Source: Longimicrobiales bacterium (GTDB taxonomy: Bacteria > Gemmatimonadota > Gemmatimonadetes > Longimicrobiales > Gaopeijiaceae). Taken from it: a stretch of DNA of 64,000 nt. Location of the stretch: the NCBI GenBank assembly GCA_965116905.1, contig OZ220732.1:1408001-1472000 (forward strand), read 5' to 3'. This document shows, piece by piece, positions 26,246-36,152 of this stretch (position 1 is its first letter; each line of letters starts with the position of its first letter). Under the pieces are notes generated by a model. That model was not told the origin of the DNA, did no database searches, and saw only the letters and a list, made by a program, of their open reading frames with translations. A program made the position numbers and the translations under genes.

Positions 26246-28426
26246 ATGGTCAGAATCTCAGCGGGGATCCTCACGGTCTCGTTCCTTTTCGCGGGCTGTA
26301 TCGCGGGCGGCGCCTCCCGGGCGACGGTCGACTCGACACCGCCGCCCCCCTCTCCGGAGGCCGAGGCGGACGTACAATCCACAGACCCTGAAGGGGCGCC
26401 GGAGGAGGGCGCGGCCGACAGCGCCGTCGCCGAGCCTGCCATCGAGCCGTTGGCCGCGGCACCGGGCTACCCACCCGCCGTCCTGATCGGGGCCCGCGTC
26501 GCCGACGTGCGAACGGAGCCGGCGGAAATCGTCGTCGAGGTGGGCGACTCGCTGGCGATGGGTGACGACGTGGAGATGATCGCGTACGACGCGGCCGGCA
26601 ATCCGGTGAGGGGCGTGCGGATCCTGGGAAACATCGAGTCCCGCTTCGCGGCTCTTGAGGAAGGCCACATCATGGGCGTCTCCGAGGGAGAGGCGGAGCT
26701 GAGAATGGCGATCCGCGTCCCGCCCCCCGGCGGCACCGGCCCGCCGGAGATCCGCACCTTTACGGCTCCGCTCCTGGTCGTCGGTCCACCGGTCACATCC
26801 GTCGAGATCATGGATCCCGGAGTCCGCTTCTTCACGGGTTCGCTCGTCCAGATCGAGGCGCGCGCGCTGACCGAGGACGGCAGCGTGCGGAAGAGCGTCG
26901 AGGTGGCCTGGACCAGCAACCGCAGGCGTCTGGCCACGATAGACGCTCACGGATTCGTGCGCGCGATCCGGCCGGGTGCGGTGACCGTGACCGCGGCGGT
27001 GGAGGGACTGGAGGCCACCTATTCGCTCGAGGTGGAGGAGAACCCGGTAGCGGCGGTCGAAGTCGAGGGTCCTTCCCGGGGGCGGACGGGCGACGTGCTG
27101 CGGTTCTCGGCCGTCGCGCTCGACGCGGGCGGCGATGTCGTCGAAGGGACCCCGGTGGACTTTTCGGCCTCATCCTTCGAAACCCGGGCCGACATGGGTG
27201 CCTCCGTGTACCCCGACGGGGCCTTCGTGGCCGAGCGTCCGGGCCTTTACCGGGTGACCGCCAACGCGGGAGCGCGCACGGGCCAGGTTCTCGTGGAGGT
27301 CGTGGAGCGTGGGGTCGAGCACGACGTGATCGTGACCGGTCACGGTCTGGTGGCCGACCGGCCCACCGCGGATCTGTGGGCGTTCACCGGCGTGGACGGA
27401 CGGGACTACGTCTATACGGGCACGCATCTGGGGGGCCAGCGCATGCTGGCGTGGGACGTGACCAATCCGGCCAGTCCCGTGCTCACGGACTTCGTGGAGG
27501 TCGACGCCCGGGTCGTCAACGACGTCAAGGTCAACAGCAGCGCCACCGTGGCCGTGATCACCCGCGAGGGGGCCTCGGACCGCAGAAACGGGATCGTCGT
27601 GCTCGATATTACGGACCCGGCGCATCCGGTCATCGCCGACACCTATACCAACGAACTCACCGGCGGCGTGCACAACGTCTTCTTCTCGGGCAACATCCTC
27701 TACGCGATCCACAACGGCACCCTCGACGTGCACATCCTCGACATCAGCGACCCGTCCGATGTCGAGGAGGTGGGGCGCTGGGGCATCGACGCGCCCGGCA
27801 AGTACCTGCACGACATCTGGGTCGTGGACGGCCTCGCCTATGTGTCCTACTGGAACGACGGCGTGTACATCCTCGATGTCGGGGACGGACGCTGGGGCGG
27901 GACTCCCACCGAGCCCGTGGAGGTGAGCAGCTTCGCCTACGAAGAGGGCAACACGCACTTCGCGTATCCGTATACCAACGCGGACGGGCATCGCTACCTG
28001 TTCGTGGGCGACGAGATCTTCGGGTGCGAGGACTGCATCTCCCGTAACGGACATCCGGGCGACGGGTCGCGCGGCTTCGTCCACATCCTGGACCTGGAAG
28101 ACCCCGAGAACCTGCGCGAAGTGGCTCGCTACGAGGTGCCCGAGGCGGGCGCGCACAACCTCTGGATCGAGGACGACCGGATGTACGTGGCCTACTATCA
28201 GGCCGGGTTGCGGGTCGTCGATGTCTCCGGAGAGCTGCGGGGAGATCTCTACAGACAGGGGCGCGAGATGGCGTGGTTCCCCACTGGTACGCCCGAGGGC
28301 CACGTGCCCAACTCGCCGATGGCGTGGGGACCGCACCCCTTCAAGGGCCACGTCTTCGTCTCCGACCTCAACTCGGGGCTGTGGGTGGTCCGCCTCGAGC
28401 CGAAGCAGAAGGCGCCGGTGTCGTGA
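26246..28426 (+). CDS. Lipoprotein with Ig-like (Big-2) domains and LVIVD-repeat beta-propeller
   Basis: GGAG RBS, lipobox LFAGC; VAWTSN...ATIDAHGFVRA Ig motif; repeats IVVLDITDPAHP, HILDISDPS, VYILDVGD, LRVVDVS. Confidence 0.82.
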   Translation: MVRISAGILTVSFLFAGCIAGGASRATVDSTPPPPSPEAEADVQSTDPEGAPEEGAADSAVAEPAIEPLAAAPGYPPAVLIGARVADVRTEPAEIVVEVGDSLAMGDDVEMIAYDAAGNPVRGVRILGNIESRFAALEEGHIMGVSEGEAELRMAIRVPPPGGTGPPEIRTFTAPLLVVGPPVTSVEIMDPGVRFFTGSLVQIEARALTEDGSVRKSVEVAWTSNRRRLATIDAHGFVRAIRPGAVTVTAAVEGLEATYSLEVEENPVAAVEVEGPSRGRTGDVLRFSAVALDAGGDVVEGTPVDFSASSFETRADMGASVYPDGAFVAERPGLYRVTANAGARTGQVLVEVVERGVEHDVIVTGHGLVADRPTADLWAFTGVDGRDYVYTGTHLGGQRMLAWDVTNPASPVLTDFVEVDARVVNDVKVNSSATVAVITREGASDRRNGIVVLDITDPAHPVIADTYTNELTGGVHNVFFSGNILYAIHNGTLDVHILDISDPSDVEEVGRWGIDAPGKYLHDIWVVDGLAYVSYWNDGVYILDVGDGRWGGTPTEPVEVSSFAYEEGNTHFAYPYTNADGHRYLFVGDEIFGCEDCISRNGHPGDGSRGFVHILDLEDPENLREVARYEVPEAGAHNLWIEDDRMYVAYYQAGLRVVDVSGELRGDLYRQGREMAWFPTGTPEGHVPNSPMAWGPHPFKGHVFVSDLNSGLWVVRLEPKQKAPVS

Positions 28427-29553
28427 GGCCGCGTGTTGTCGCGCAGTGGAGTGCCGTTATGGCGTGGGGTGCTGTGGCAGCGCTGGCGGTTCCAGGCGTC
28501 CCGGTCGTGGGTTGCGGCGGTGCCGGCTTGGCTGCCCAGGAGCCCGCCACCTACCGCGTCTACGTCGCCAACGAATCGTCGGACCTGGTCAGCAGGGTCG
28601 CCTTCACCCCCGGTGAGGGCGCGGTCGTGGAAAAAGAGATCGCGGTCGGCGTCATGCCGGGGGACAACGACGGCGCGCACGGGCTCAGCGTCTCGCCTGA
28701 CGGGCGCTACTGGTACCTCACGATCGCCCACGGGACACCGTACGGATACCTGTGGAAGTTCGACGCGGGACCGGACACGCTGATCGCGCGCACCCGTCTC
28801 GGGCTATTTCCCGCGACCATGGGGATCACGCCGGACGGCCAGTTCCTGCTGGCGGCCAACTTCAATCTGCACGGCGACATGGTCCCGTCGGACATCTCCG
28901 TTGTCTACACGCCCGAGATGATCGAGGTCACCAGGATCCGCACCTGCCTCATGCCGCACGGCAGCCGCGTGCGACCGGACGGCACCAGGCAGTACTCGGC
29001 CTGCATGCACTCCGAGGAGCTGGTCGAAATCGACCTGGAGACCTTCGAGGTGAGCTCCCGCTTCGACGTTTCGCCCGCTCCGGAAGCCGTGTGCAGCCCG
29101 ACGTGGGTGGAGCCGGGGCTGGGTTCGCGCGCCAACCGCGTCGTCTATGTCGCCTGCAACAGGAACCAGGAGGTGCTGGAGGTGGACACGGGGCGCTGGG
29201 AGGTCTCGCGCCGGTTTGCCACGGGGATGGCACCGTACAACCTGGAGGTGACGGCGGGGGGTGAGCGTCTGATCGCGACCCTCAAGGGGGAGCAGGCGGT
29301 CGCTGTGTTCGACATCGAGAGCGGCAGGGAAGTCGGGCGCGTGGAGACGTCCCGCCCGGTGACGCACGGCGTGGTGGCCAGCCCGGACGGCCGCTACGCG
29401 TTCGTGTCGAACGAGTCGGTCGGCTCGGTGCGCGGGACCCTGGACGTGATCGACCTGGAGACGCTCGACGTGGTGGCATCCGTCGAACTCGGGCACCAGT
29501 CCGGGGGCATCGACTTCTGGTCGGTGACACCGGTGAGCGGCGGGACTCGTTGA
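28423..29553 (+). CDS. YncE/YVTN-family beta-propeller protein, secreted
   Basis: GTGA overlap; VYVANESSD, HGLSVSPDGRY, GITPDGQF, SPDGRYAFVSNE repeats. Confidence 0.8.
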   Translation: MRPRVVAQWSAVMAWGAVAALAVPGVPVVGCGGAGLAAQEPATYRVYVANESSDLVSRVAFTPGEGAVVEKEIAVGVMPGDNDGAHGLSVSPDGRYWYLTIAHGTPYGYLWKFDAGPDTLIARTRLGLFPATMGITPDGQFLLAANFNLHGDMVPSDISVVYTPEMIEVTRIRTCLMPHGSRVRPDGTRQYSACMHSEELVEIDLETFEVSSRFDVSPAPEAVCSPTWVEPGLGSRANRVVYVACNRNQEVLEVDTGRWEVSRRFATGMAPYNLEVTAGGERLIATLKGEQAVAVFDIESGREVGRVETSRPVTHGVVASPDGRYAFVSNESVGSVRGTLDVIDLETLDVVASVELGHQSGGIDFWSVTPVSGGTR

Positions 29554-30203
29554 CGGACGAACAGACCGCGCTTGCAGAAGCACGGCGCCGTATGCTGCGG
29601 CGTCATCTGGCGGAGAGGGGCATTGCGGATCGGCGCGTGCTCGAGGCGATGGCGACCGTGCCGCGGGAGCGGTTCGTCGCGCCGGAGTGCCTGCGCCGTG
29701 CCTACGACGACGGACCGCTTCCCATCGGTCAGGGCCAGACGATCTCGCAACCGTACGTGGTGGCGTTGATGGCGGAGGCCGTGGAGCTTGGCCGCGATGA
29801 CCGGGTGCTGGAGGTTGGCACGGGATCGGGGTACGCGGCGGCGGTGCTCAGCCGGATCGCCCGCACCGTCCATTCCGTGGAACGGCACGCCCTGCTCGCC
29901 GAGGCGGCCCGCCACCGGCTGCGCGCCCTGGGCTACGCAAACGTGCACGTTCGGCTGGGCGACGGCACGCTGGGCTGGAGCGATCATGCCCCCTACGATG
30001 CGATCGTGGTCTCCGCCGGCGCGCGCCGCGTCCCGCCGCCGCTGCGCGAACAGCTGGCCGATGGCGGCAGACTCGTGATGCCGGTGGGGCGGGGCTGGCG
30101 TGGGCAGTCGCTGGTCCGGGAGCGGCGTGAGGGAGCCGGTACGTTCACCCGCGAGAAGCTGGGACGCGTGCGCTTCGTGCCGCTGATCGGGGCAGCCCGG
30201 TAG
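29550..30203 (+). CDS. pcm: Protein-L-isoaspartate O-methyltransferase
   Basis: VPRERFV, AYDDGPLPIGQGQTISQPY, VLEVGTGSGY, GGRLVMPVG, VRFVPL. Confidence 0.95.
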   Translation: MTDEQTALAEARRRMLRRHLAERGIADRRVLEAMATVPRERFVAPECLRRAYDDGPLPIGQGQTISQPYVVALMAEAVELGRDDRVLEVGTGSGYAAAVLSRIARTVHSVERHALLAEAARHRLRALGYANVHVRLGDGTLGWSDHAPYDAIVVSAGARRVPPPLREQLADGGRLVMPVGRGWRGQSLVRERREGAGTFTREKLGRVRFVPLIGAAR

Positions 30204-30205
30204 CG

Positions 30206-30673
30206 TTACCCGAAAATCCCTCTCAGCATCAGGACCACCAGCTGAAGGCCCACAAGGATCGTGGGGAGCAGGAATGTGAGTCCCACCGAGAAGATCAGTC
30301 CCGCCCTGAAAAGGTGTGGGCCGATCGCACGAACATCCCGGCCCCATAGTTTGTGCGCGAGCGATTCGGTCACCGGGCCCAGGAAGTACAGGATGTTGGC
30401 GGCCACGAGGATGACGAACGAGCCTCCAAGCACGGTGGTCACGTCGGCCAGCCCGAGGCCGGTGCCGTTCAGAAGGCTGACTGCGGCGATGCCTGCCAGC
30501 GAGACCGAACCACCCGCGCAGATGATCGCGTTGTAGGCGAGCCGCCGCTTCTCCCACCACCTGAAGATCTTGCCGACCGAGCGCTTGGCCGGAAGCGGAT
30601 AGAGGAAATCGACAAGCCTCGAACCCTTGTGGCCGGCTTCGACGCCCGTCTCGAATGGTGCCGGATTACCCAT
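30206..30673 (-). CDS. Hypothetical membrane protein (about 3 TM)
   Basis: WWEKRRLAYN followed by three hydrophobic helices; fills the gap between pcm and the creatininase gene. Confidence 0.7.
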   Translation of the reverse strand: MGNPAPFETGVEAGHKGSRLVDFLYPLPAKRSVGKIFRWWEKRRLAYNAIICAGGSVSLAGIAAVSLLNGTGLGLADVTTVLGGSFVILVAANILYFLGPVTESLAHKLWGRDVRAIGPHLFRAGLIFSVGLTFLLPTILVGLQLVVLMLRGIFG

Positions 30674-30774
30674 CGTCGTCTGCTCCCCCCGGGACGGGTG
30701 CGCGGCGCCGGGATGTCGACCCCGGGCGGACCCGGCGACTCGACAGCGCGGCGGCCCCGATCCTACGTTGCCGC

Positions 30775-31551
30775 ATGTCTGAACGTAACCTGCTTCTCGA
30801 AGAGTTGACGTGGCCGGAGGTGGAAGGGTTGCTTGCCGACGGCTTCACATCGGTGGTGGTGGCGGCGGGCGCGACGGAGCAGCACGGCCCCCACCTGCCG
30901 CTGCTCGTGGATGCGGTCCGCGGCGACCGCCTGGCCCTGGAGGTGGCGCGGCGGCTGGGGCGCACCCTGGTGGCCCCGACCATCCGGGTGGGGTGTTCCG
31001 AGCACCACATGGGGTTTTCGGGCACCCTGTCGCTCAGGGATTCGACTTTCAGAGCCATCTGCGCGGACTACGCCACCAGCCTCTCCCGGCACGGTTTCCG
31101 CACGATCTGCTTCGTGCCGTCGCACGGCGGCAACTTCGCCCCCCTTGCCGAAATCCTGCCGCGCCTGCGCGAGGCGGCGGGGCCCGGCTGCAGGGTGCTG
31201 GCCTACACGGACCTGCAGGGATTCGTGGCGCTGTGGGAGGGCGCGGTCGCGGAGCTGGCGCCGGGCCTGGCGCACAGGGTGGGCGGGCACGCCGATATTG
31301 CCGAGAGCTCGGAGATGCTGTGCATCCGTCCCGACCTCGTGCGCGGGGAGCTGGCCGAGCCCGGCCACGTCGCCGGATTCGACGACGAGCTCGCCGAGCG
31401 CCTCTTCCGGGACGGCCTTCGCGCGATCACGGCCAACGGCGTGCTGGGAGACGCGCGGGGCATGAGCCGTGAGATCGGCGATCTGTGCATCGCGCGCACC
31501 GCCGACGGTATCGCGGCGGCACTCCGGGACGCGGGCGCCGCGGGCGCGTGA
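30775..31551 (+). CDS. Creatininase / creatinine amidohydrolase family protein
   Basis: ELTWPEV, GATEQHGPHLPL, GCSEHHMGFSGTLSL, SHGGN, GHADIAE, NGVLGD. Confidence 0.9.
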   Translation: MSERNLLLEELTWPEVEGLLADGFTSVVVAAGATEQHGPHLPLLVDAVRGDRLALEVARRLGRTLVAPTIRVGCSEHHMGFSGTLSLRDSTFRAICADYATSLSRHGFRTICFVPSHGGNFAPLAEILPRLREAAGPGCRVLAYTDLQGFVALWEGAVAELAPGLAHRVGGHADIAESSEMLCIRPDLVRGELAEPGHVAGFDDELAERLFRDGLRAITANGVLGDARGMSREIGDLCIARTADGIAAALRDAGAAGA

Positions 31552-32525
31552 AGGCTGTCGGCCCGGTCGGCCCGGTCGGTCTGGACGCCATACGGGCCGC
31601 GCGTTCGCGAATCGCCGGGGCCGCGATACGGTCGCCGCTGATTCCCCTGGACGTGCCGGGCGCGCCCACCGAGGTGTGGATCAAGCTGGAATGTCTGCAA
31701 CCCATCGGCTCGTTCAAGATCCGGGGCGCGGCCAACGCGATGGCGCTCGCCGATGCGGGGGTCATCGCGCGCGGCGTCTACACGGGGAGCGCGGGGAACA
31801 TGGCGCAGGGGGTGGCCTTCGCCGCCCGTCGTCTGGGCGTCCCCTGCCGGGTCGTCGTGCCCGACACGGCTCCCCGCGCCAAGCTCGACGCGATCGCGCG
31901 TCTGGGGGCCACCGCGACCCCGCTGCCCTTCGACGAGTGGTGGAGCGTCTTGCGCGACCATGGTCACCCCGCCGAGGACGGGTACTTCGTCCACCCCGTG
32001 AGCGATCCGGCGGTGATCGCGGGCAATGGCACGATCGGCCTCGAAATCGTCGAGGAACTCCCGGATGTTCGCGCGGTGATCGTGCCGTATGGGGGCGGCG
32101 GGCTGTCCTGCGGCATTGCTTCGGCGATGCGCGAAGTGCGCCCGGGCGTGCCCGTGTTCGCTGCGGAGGTCGAGACCGCCGCCCCCTTCGCGGCTTCCCT
32201 TCGCGCCGGTGAGCCCGTCGAAATCACCCACACGCCGACCTTCGTGGACGGTATCGGCTCGACGAGCCTGCTGCGGGAGATGTGGCCGCTGGCCAGTTCG
32301 CTGCTTGCAGGGTCTCTGGTCGTCTCCATCGAGGAGGCATGCGACGCGATCAGGGTGTTGGCGGGGCGCGCACGCGTTGTGGCCGAAGGGGCGGGCAGCA
32401 CGGCGGTCGCGGCCGCCCTGCGCGGGCTGCCGCGAGTGGAGGAGGGCCCGGTGGTCGCGGTCGTATCGGGCGGCAACATCGATCTGCACGTGCTCCGGGC
32501 GATCCTTGAAGGGCGAACCCCCTGA
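31548..32525 (+). CDS. PLP-dependent serine/threonine dehydratase (fold type II)
   Basis: KLECLQPIGSFKIRGA (PLP Lys), SAGNMAQG, PYGGGGL, VSGGNID; GTGA overlap. Confidence 0.9.
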   Translation: MKAVGPVGPVGLDAIRAARSRIAGAAIRSPLIPLDVPGAPTEVWIKLECLQPIGSFKIRGAANAMALADAGVIARGVYTGSAGNMAQGVAFAARRLGVPCRVVVPDTAPRAKLDAIARLGATATPLPFDEWWSVLRDHGHPAEDGYFVHPVSDPAVIAGNGTIGLEIVEELPDVRAVIVPYGGGGLSCGIASAMREVRPGVPVFAAEVETAAPFAASLRAGEPVEITHTPTFVDGIGSTSLLREMWPLASSLLAGSLVVSIEEACDAIRVLAGRARVVAEGAGSTAVAAALRGLPRVEEGPVVAVVSGGNIDLHVLRAILEGRTP

Positions 32526-32580
32526 TTCGCCGTCGAGGGCCATGCGGGGTATCTTGCCCGCCGCGACGGAGGCTCGATAG

Positions 32581-32596
32581 TAAACAAAAGTGTTTA
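32581..32596. promoter_or_regulatory. Palindromic operator candidate upstream of the peptide transporter
   Basis: TAAACA-aaag-TGTTTA in an AT-rich patch 25 bp before the ATG. Confidence 0.5.
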
Positions 32597-32621
32597 GTAT
32601 TCTCGTGACCCAGAGGCCAGA

Positions 32622-34097
32622 ATGACGACAGCTACGCGGATCCGGCATCCCCGGGGGCTGATGACCCTCTTCTTCACGGAGATGTGGGAGCGCTTCTCCT
32701 ACTACGGGATGCGGGCGCTGCTCATCCTTTACCTGGCGGAGGCCACGACGGTCCAGAACCCGGGGATGGGACTGGATGTGGCGACATCCGGCGCCATCTA
32801 CGGGCTCTACACGGGGCTCGTGTACCTGCTCGGGTTGCCGGGAGGCTGGGTGGCGGACCAGCTGTGGGGACAGCGGAAGGCTGTCTTCGTGGGTGGGTGC
32901 GTCATCGCGGCCGGGCACTTCAGCATGGCCGTGCCCAATGACTTCAACTTCTTTCTGGGACTCATCCTGATCGTCATCGGCACGGGTCTGCTCAAGCCGA
33001 ACGTGAGTTCGGTGGTCGCGGACCTGTACCCGGAAGGCGGCGCGAGGCGCGACGCGGGGTTTTCCATCTTCTACATGGGGATCAACGTGGGGGCGTTTGC
33101 CGGTCCCCTGATCTGCGGCTGGCTCGGCCAGGGCTGGAACTGGCACCTGGGCTTCTCGGCGGCCGGCTTCGGAATGGTCCTGGGACTGATTCAGTTCCGC
33201 CTCGGATACGGCCGCCTGGGTGACGCCGGGGTGCTGCGCAGCGACCGTACTCCACAGCAGATCGCCAGCCTGAGTCGTCGGTTCTTCGGCGGATGCGCCG
33301 CGCTGGCTCTCGCGCTGGTCGCCTTCGGTTTTCTTGTGTCGCAGGGGTCGATTCCGATCACCCTCACGCAGATCGCCGGCGGCCTGGCCTGGGTGATCGG
33401 TGGGGTCGTCGTGGTCTACTTCCTGTACCTCATGTTCTTCGGCGGGCACAACGCCGTCGAGAGGAAGAAGATCGCCGCAATCTTCTGGTTCGCGCTGCTG
33501 GCCGTGCTCTTCTGGTCGGGCTTCGAGCAGGCGGGCTCGTCTCTCAACCTCTTCGCCGAGAACTATACGGACCGCACCATCGGGGACTGGAGCTATCCGG
33601 CGTCCTGGCTCCAGTCGGTCAATGCCTTCTTTATCGTCTGCATGGCACCGGTCTTCGGCTGGCTCTGGGTGTGGCTCGCCAACCGCAACGCCAATCCCTC
33701 GACCCCGGTCAAGTTCGCGCTGGGCCTGTTGCTCCTCGCCGCCGGCTTCTTCGTGATCGCGTGGGGCGCTGCCAACGCGACGCCGGACTCTCCGGTCTCG
33801 GCGTCGTGGCTCGTCGTCATGTACTTCCTGCACACGGTCGGCGAACTGGCGCTGTCACCGGTCGGGCTGTCCGCGGTCACCAAGCTGGCGCCCGCCAACC
33901 GGATCAGTCAGATGATGGGGTTGTGGTTCGTGGCGACTTCGCTCGGCAACGTAGTGGCCGGTCTGGTCGCCGGACGGCTGGAAGCGCTGGAGCCCTCGCC
34001 GCTCTTCTTCGCGGTGACGACGATCATCGGGTCGGCCGGGTTCGTGGCGCTTCTCGCGAGCCCGCTGATCAAGCGCCTGATGGGCGATGTGAAATAG
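32622..34097 (+). CDS. Proton-dependent oligopeptide transporter (POT/PTR family)
   Basis: HPRGL...EMWERFSYYGMR (ExxERFxYY), GTGLLKPN, GFSIFYMGINVG, GELALSPVGLS. Confidence 0.95.
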   Translation: MTTATRIRHPRGLMTLFFTEMWERFSYYGMRALLILYLAEATTVQNPGMGLDVATSGAIYGLYTGLVYLLGLPGGWVADQLWGQRKAVFVGGCVIAAGHFSMAVPNDFNFFLGLILIVIGTGLLKPNVSSVVADLYPEGGARRDAGFSIFYMGINVGAFAGPLICGWLGQGWNWHLGFSAAGFGMVLGLIQFRLGYGRLGDAGVLRSDRTPQQIASLSRRFFGGCAALALALVAFGFLVSQGSIPITLTQIAGGLAWVIGGVVVVYFLYLMFFGGHNAVERKKIAAIFWFALLAVLFWSGFEQAGSSLNLFAENYTDRTIGDWSYPASWLQSVNAFFIVCMAPVFGWLWVWLANRNANPSTPVKFALGLLLLAAGFFVIAWGAANATPDSPVSASWLVVMYFLHTVGELALSPVGLSAVTKLAPANRISQMMGLWFVATSLGNVVAGLVAGRLEALEPSPLFFAVTTIIGSAGFVALLASPLIKRLMGDVK

Positions 34098-34194
34098 GGA
34101 GACGGGGGGCGTCGAGCGGGATTCAGGGTGCGGCGGCGGAAGGCGGGCTGCGAAGCTCGGCCGAGTCCCTCAGCCGCGCTACCAGTCTGCCGCG

Positions 34195-35499
34195 CTACCA
34201 GTCCAGCCGCAGCTCCCGGAAGTCGGCCCAGCTGACGTTGTAGGTCTGGCCCTCCGCGGTCACGACAACTCCGCGGTTGCCCTTGCCCACGTCGTTGGAC
34301 CCGTCGAGTTCGAACGAGCGTCCGTCGCGGAGCACGACCGTGGAGCCGTGATCATTCTTCTCGATTGTCGCGACCCTGGAGAGTTCGACGTCGAATTCGA
34401 TCCTGCCGGCGTGACCACTGAGCATTTCCCAGGACCGCGTCTCGTCGCGGTCCCAGGTGATCGTTCCGGTCAACTCGTCGCCCGAGACGGTCCACACGGT
34501 GCCGCGCAGGAGTTCGCCCCCGTTGAAGTCCCCGCGGGACTCCTCCGACTGCGCGCCGTGGAAACGGACGTCGGCAAAAGCGCTCCACGGCACCTTGACC
34601 TGACCCAGCGCCGGGTCCGACACGGTGATCCCGCGATTGCTCCGATTGACGTCGTTGGTTCCCGACAGCGTGAGGTGTTCGCCGGTGTGAAGGACGACGT
34701 TGGCCGAACGCCTGTTGTTGCGGCTGATCGCCTCGATCGCGCCGAACGGGATCTCGTACTCATACTCGGAGGTCTCCCCGTCGAGCACGTCGGTGGTCAG
34801 GACTTCGTCGACGTCCCAGGTGATGAATCCGGTGAAGGCCAGTCCCGACGCGGTGGTCAGCGTGCCGTGCAGCCGGCCTCCATGCGGGCGCGCGCCGGCT
34901 GGTGCGTCGTGGAAGGTGATCTGCCTGACGTCGGACCACTCCAGCTTCGTATCGGCAGCCATACCGTGGCCAGGCGCGTCATCGCCGGTGGCCGCCGCCG
35001 ATCCCCCGGCCGAGTCCTGGCCCCGGGGCGGCGTGACGACGAGCGAGCGCATGCCGGGCCCCAGGTCGCTGGAGCGCCCGCGCATGGTGGCTTCCTCTCC
35101 GGACCGGAAGACGAACACGGCCCTGTTGCGTCCGGTGGCCAGGATGTGGTCGAGGTGCCCGAAACGGACGCCGGCAAGGCCGTTTCGGCCGTTGTCGACT
35201 CTCGTCAGGTCGAGCAGGTCGCCCCAGCTGCCCTCGTTGCGGTCCCAGCGCAGGTAGCCGGTATGCGTTTCGCCGCTGTGCGTCAGGACCGTCCCGTACA
35301 GACGGTTCACTCCGGACAGCGGCTCGACGAGGTCGTAACTTCGGGCCGGCGCTGCGGGTGCGGCTTCCGCTGCACTGCGGGGACTCGCCTGGTAACCCGG
35401 GTTGGCAAAAGCCATCGTGGCGACGATGCCCGCAACTGCGGAGCCGCCGATGAGAGTGAGGTTCCTTGCGTCTTCTGCCAATGTCGGTCGATGTCGCAT
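34195..35499 (-). CDS. Hypothetical membrane-anchored protein with three internal repeats
   Basis: N-terminal TM; three copies of LxGTxxTxSGxxxTGxxxWDxxE; GGAGG RBS. Confidence 0.75.
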   Translation of the reverse strand: MRHRPTLAEDARNLTLIGGSAVAGIVATMAFANPGYQASPRSAAEAAPAAPARSYDLVEPLSGVNRLYGTVLTHSGETHTGYLRWDRNEGSWGDLLDLTRVDNGRNGLAGVRFGHLDHILATGRNRAVFVFRSGEEATMRGRSSDLGPGMRSLVVTPPRGQDSAGGSAAATGDDAPGHGMAADTKLEWSDVRQITFHDAPAGARPHGGRLHGTLTTASGLAFTGFITWDVDEVLTTDVLDGETSEYEYEIPFGAIEAISRNNRRSANVVLHTGEHLTLSGTNDVNRSNRGITVSDPALGQVKVPWSAFADVRFHGAQSEESRGDFNGGELLRGTVWTVSGDELTGTITWDRDETRSWEMLSGHAGRIEFDVELSRVATIEKNDHGSTVVLRDGRSFELDGSNDVGKGNRGVVVTAEGQTYNVSWADFRELRLDW

Positions 35500-35546
35500 C
35501 CCCGCACCTCCGGTCCTCTCGTTGCAGCGGTCTCTGGTTCATTTCC

Positions 35547-35572
35547 TACGGGAAACGTCGGCAAAATGTTCC
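35547..35572 (-). promoter_or_regulatory. Possible ECF-sigma promoter
   Basis: Minus-strand GGAAC-N17-CGTA about 50 bp upstream of ATG 35499. Confidence 0.35.
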
Positions 35573-35706
35573 GCCAACGCCTGCGTGGGTGGTGGTGATG
35601 CCGCGCGTGACTTGTCCCGACCGGAGAATCGGGTAGCTTGAACGGGACACGGCGCGCCCGTGCGGTGCGTCCGGCCTTCCCGGAAACAGGACTGCGATCC
35701 TCTTCC

Positions 35707-36150
35707 ATGTCGTTCTTACGCAAGATCTTCGGTGGGCCCGGCGGGGCCGACCGGGTGGACTACTACGAGGAAGGCGTCGCCCTTGCCCAGGAAGGGAAGT
35801 TCCACGAGGCCCTCACCTCGTTCCGACTTGCGCTGAAGGAGGAGCCGGGCGACCCCGTCGTTCTCCAGCAGATCGCGATCGCATATACGCGTATCGGCAT
35901 GGAGGAGGAGGCGATCAAGACGTACCGGCACGTCCTCAACAAGCACCCCGATTCTCCGGGAGCCCACTACGGGCTGGCATTCCTGCTTCTGCGGCACGGC
36001 GCGCGCGGAGAGGCGATCGGCCACCTGGAGGCGTTCCTGGCCCAGTCCCCGGTCGACGACGAGGCACGAGACCATGTTGACCACGCCCGGAACACCCTGC
36101 AGGAACTTCAGGGCGAAGGCCTGGCGGCGCCGGCCGGCGACGAATCCTGA
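35707..36150 (+). CDS. Tetratricopeptide repeat protein
   Basis: MSFLRKIFG then TPR units (YYEEGVALAQEGKFHEAL, AHYGLAFLL). Confidence 0.85.
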   Translation: MSFLRKIFGGPGGADRVDYYEEGVALAQEGKFHEALTSFRLALKEEPGDPVVLQQIAIAYTRIGMEEEAIKTYRHVLNKHPDSPGAHYGLAFLLLRHGARGEAIGHLEAFLAQSPVDDEARDHVDHARNTLQELQGEGLAAPAGDES

Positions 36151-36152
36151 GG

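Noticed and set aside
30775..31551. Mycofactocin/RiPP cluster (MftE-like)
   Set aside because: No radical SAM enzyme, precursor peptide or other mft genes seen.
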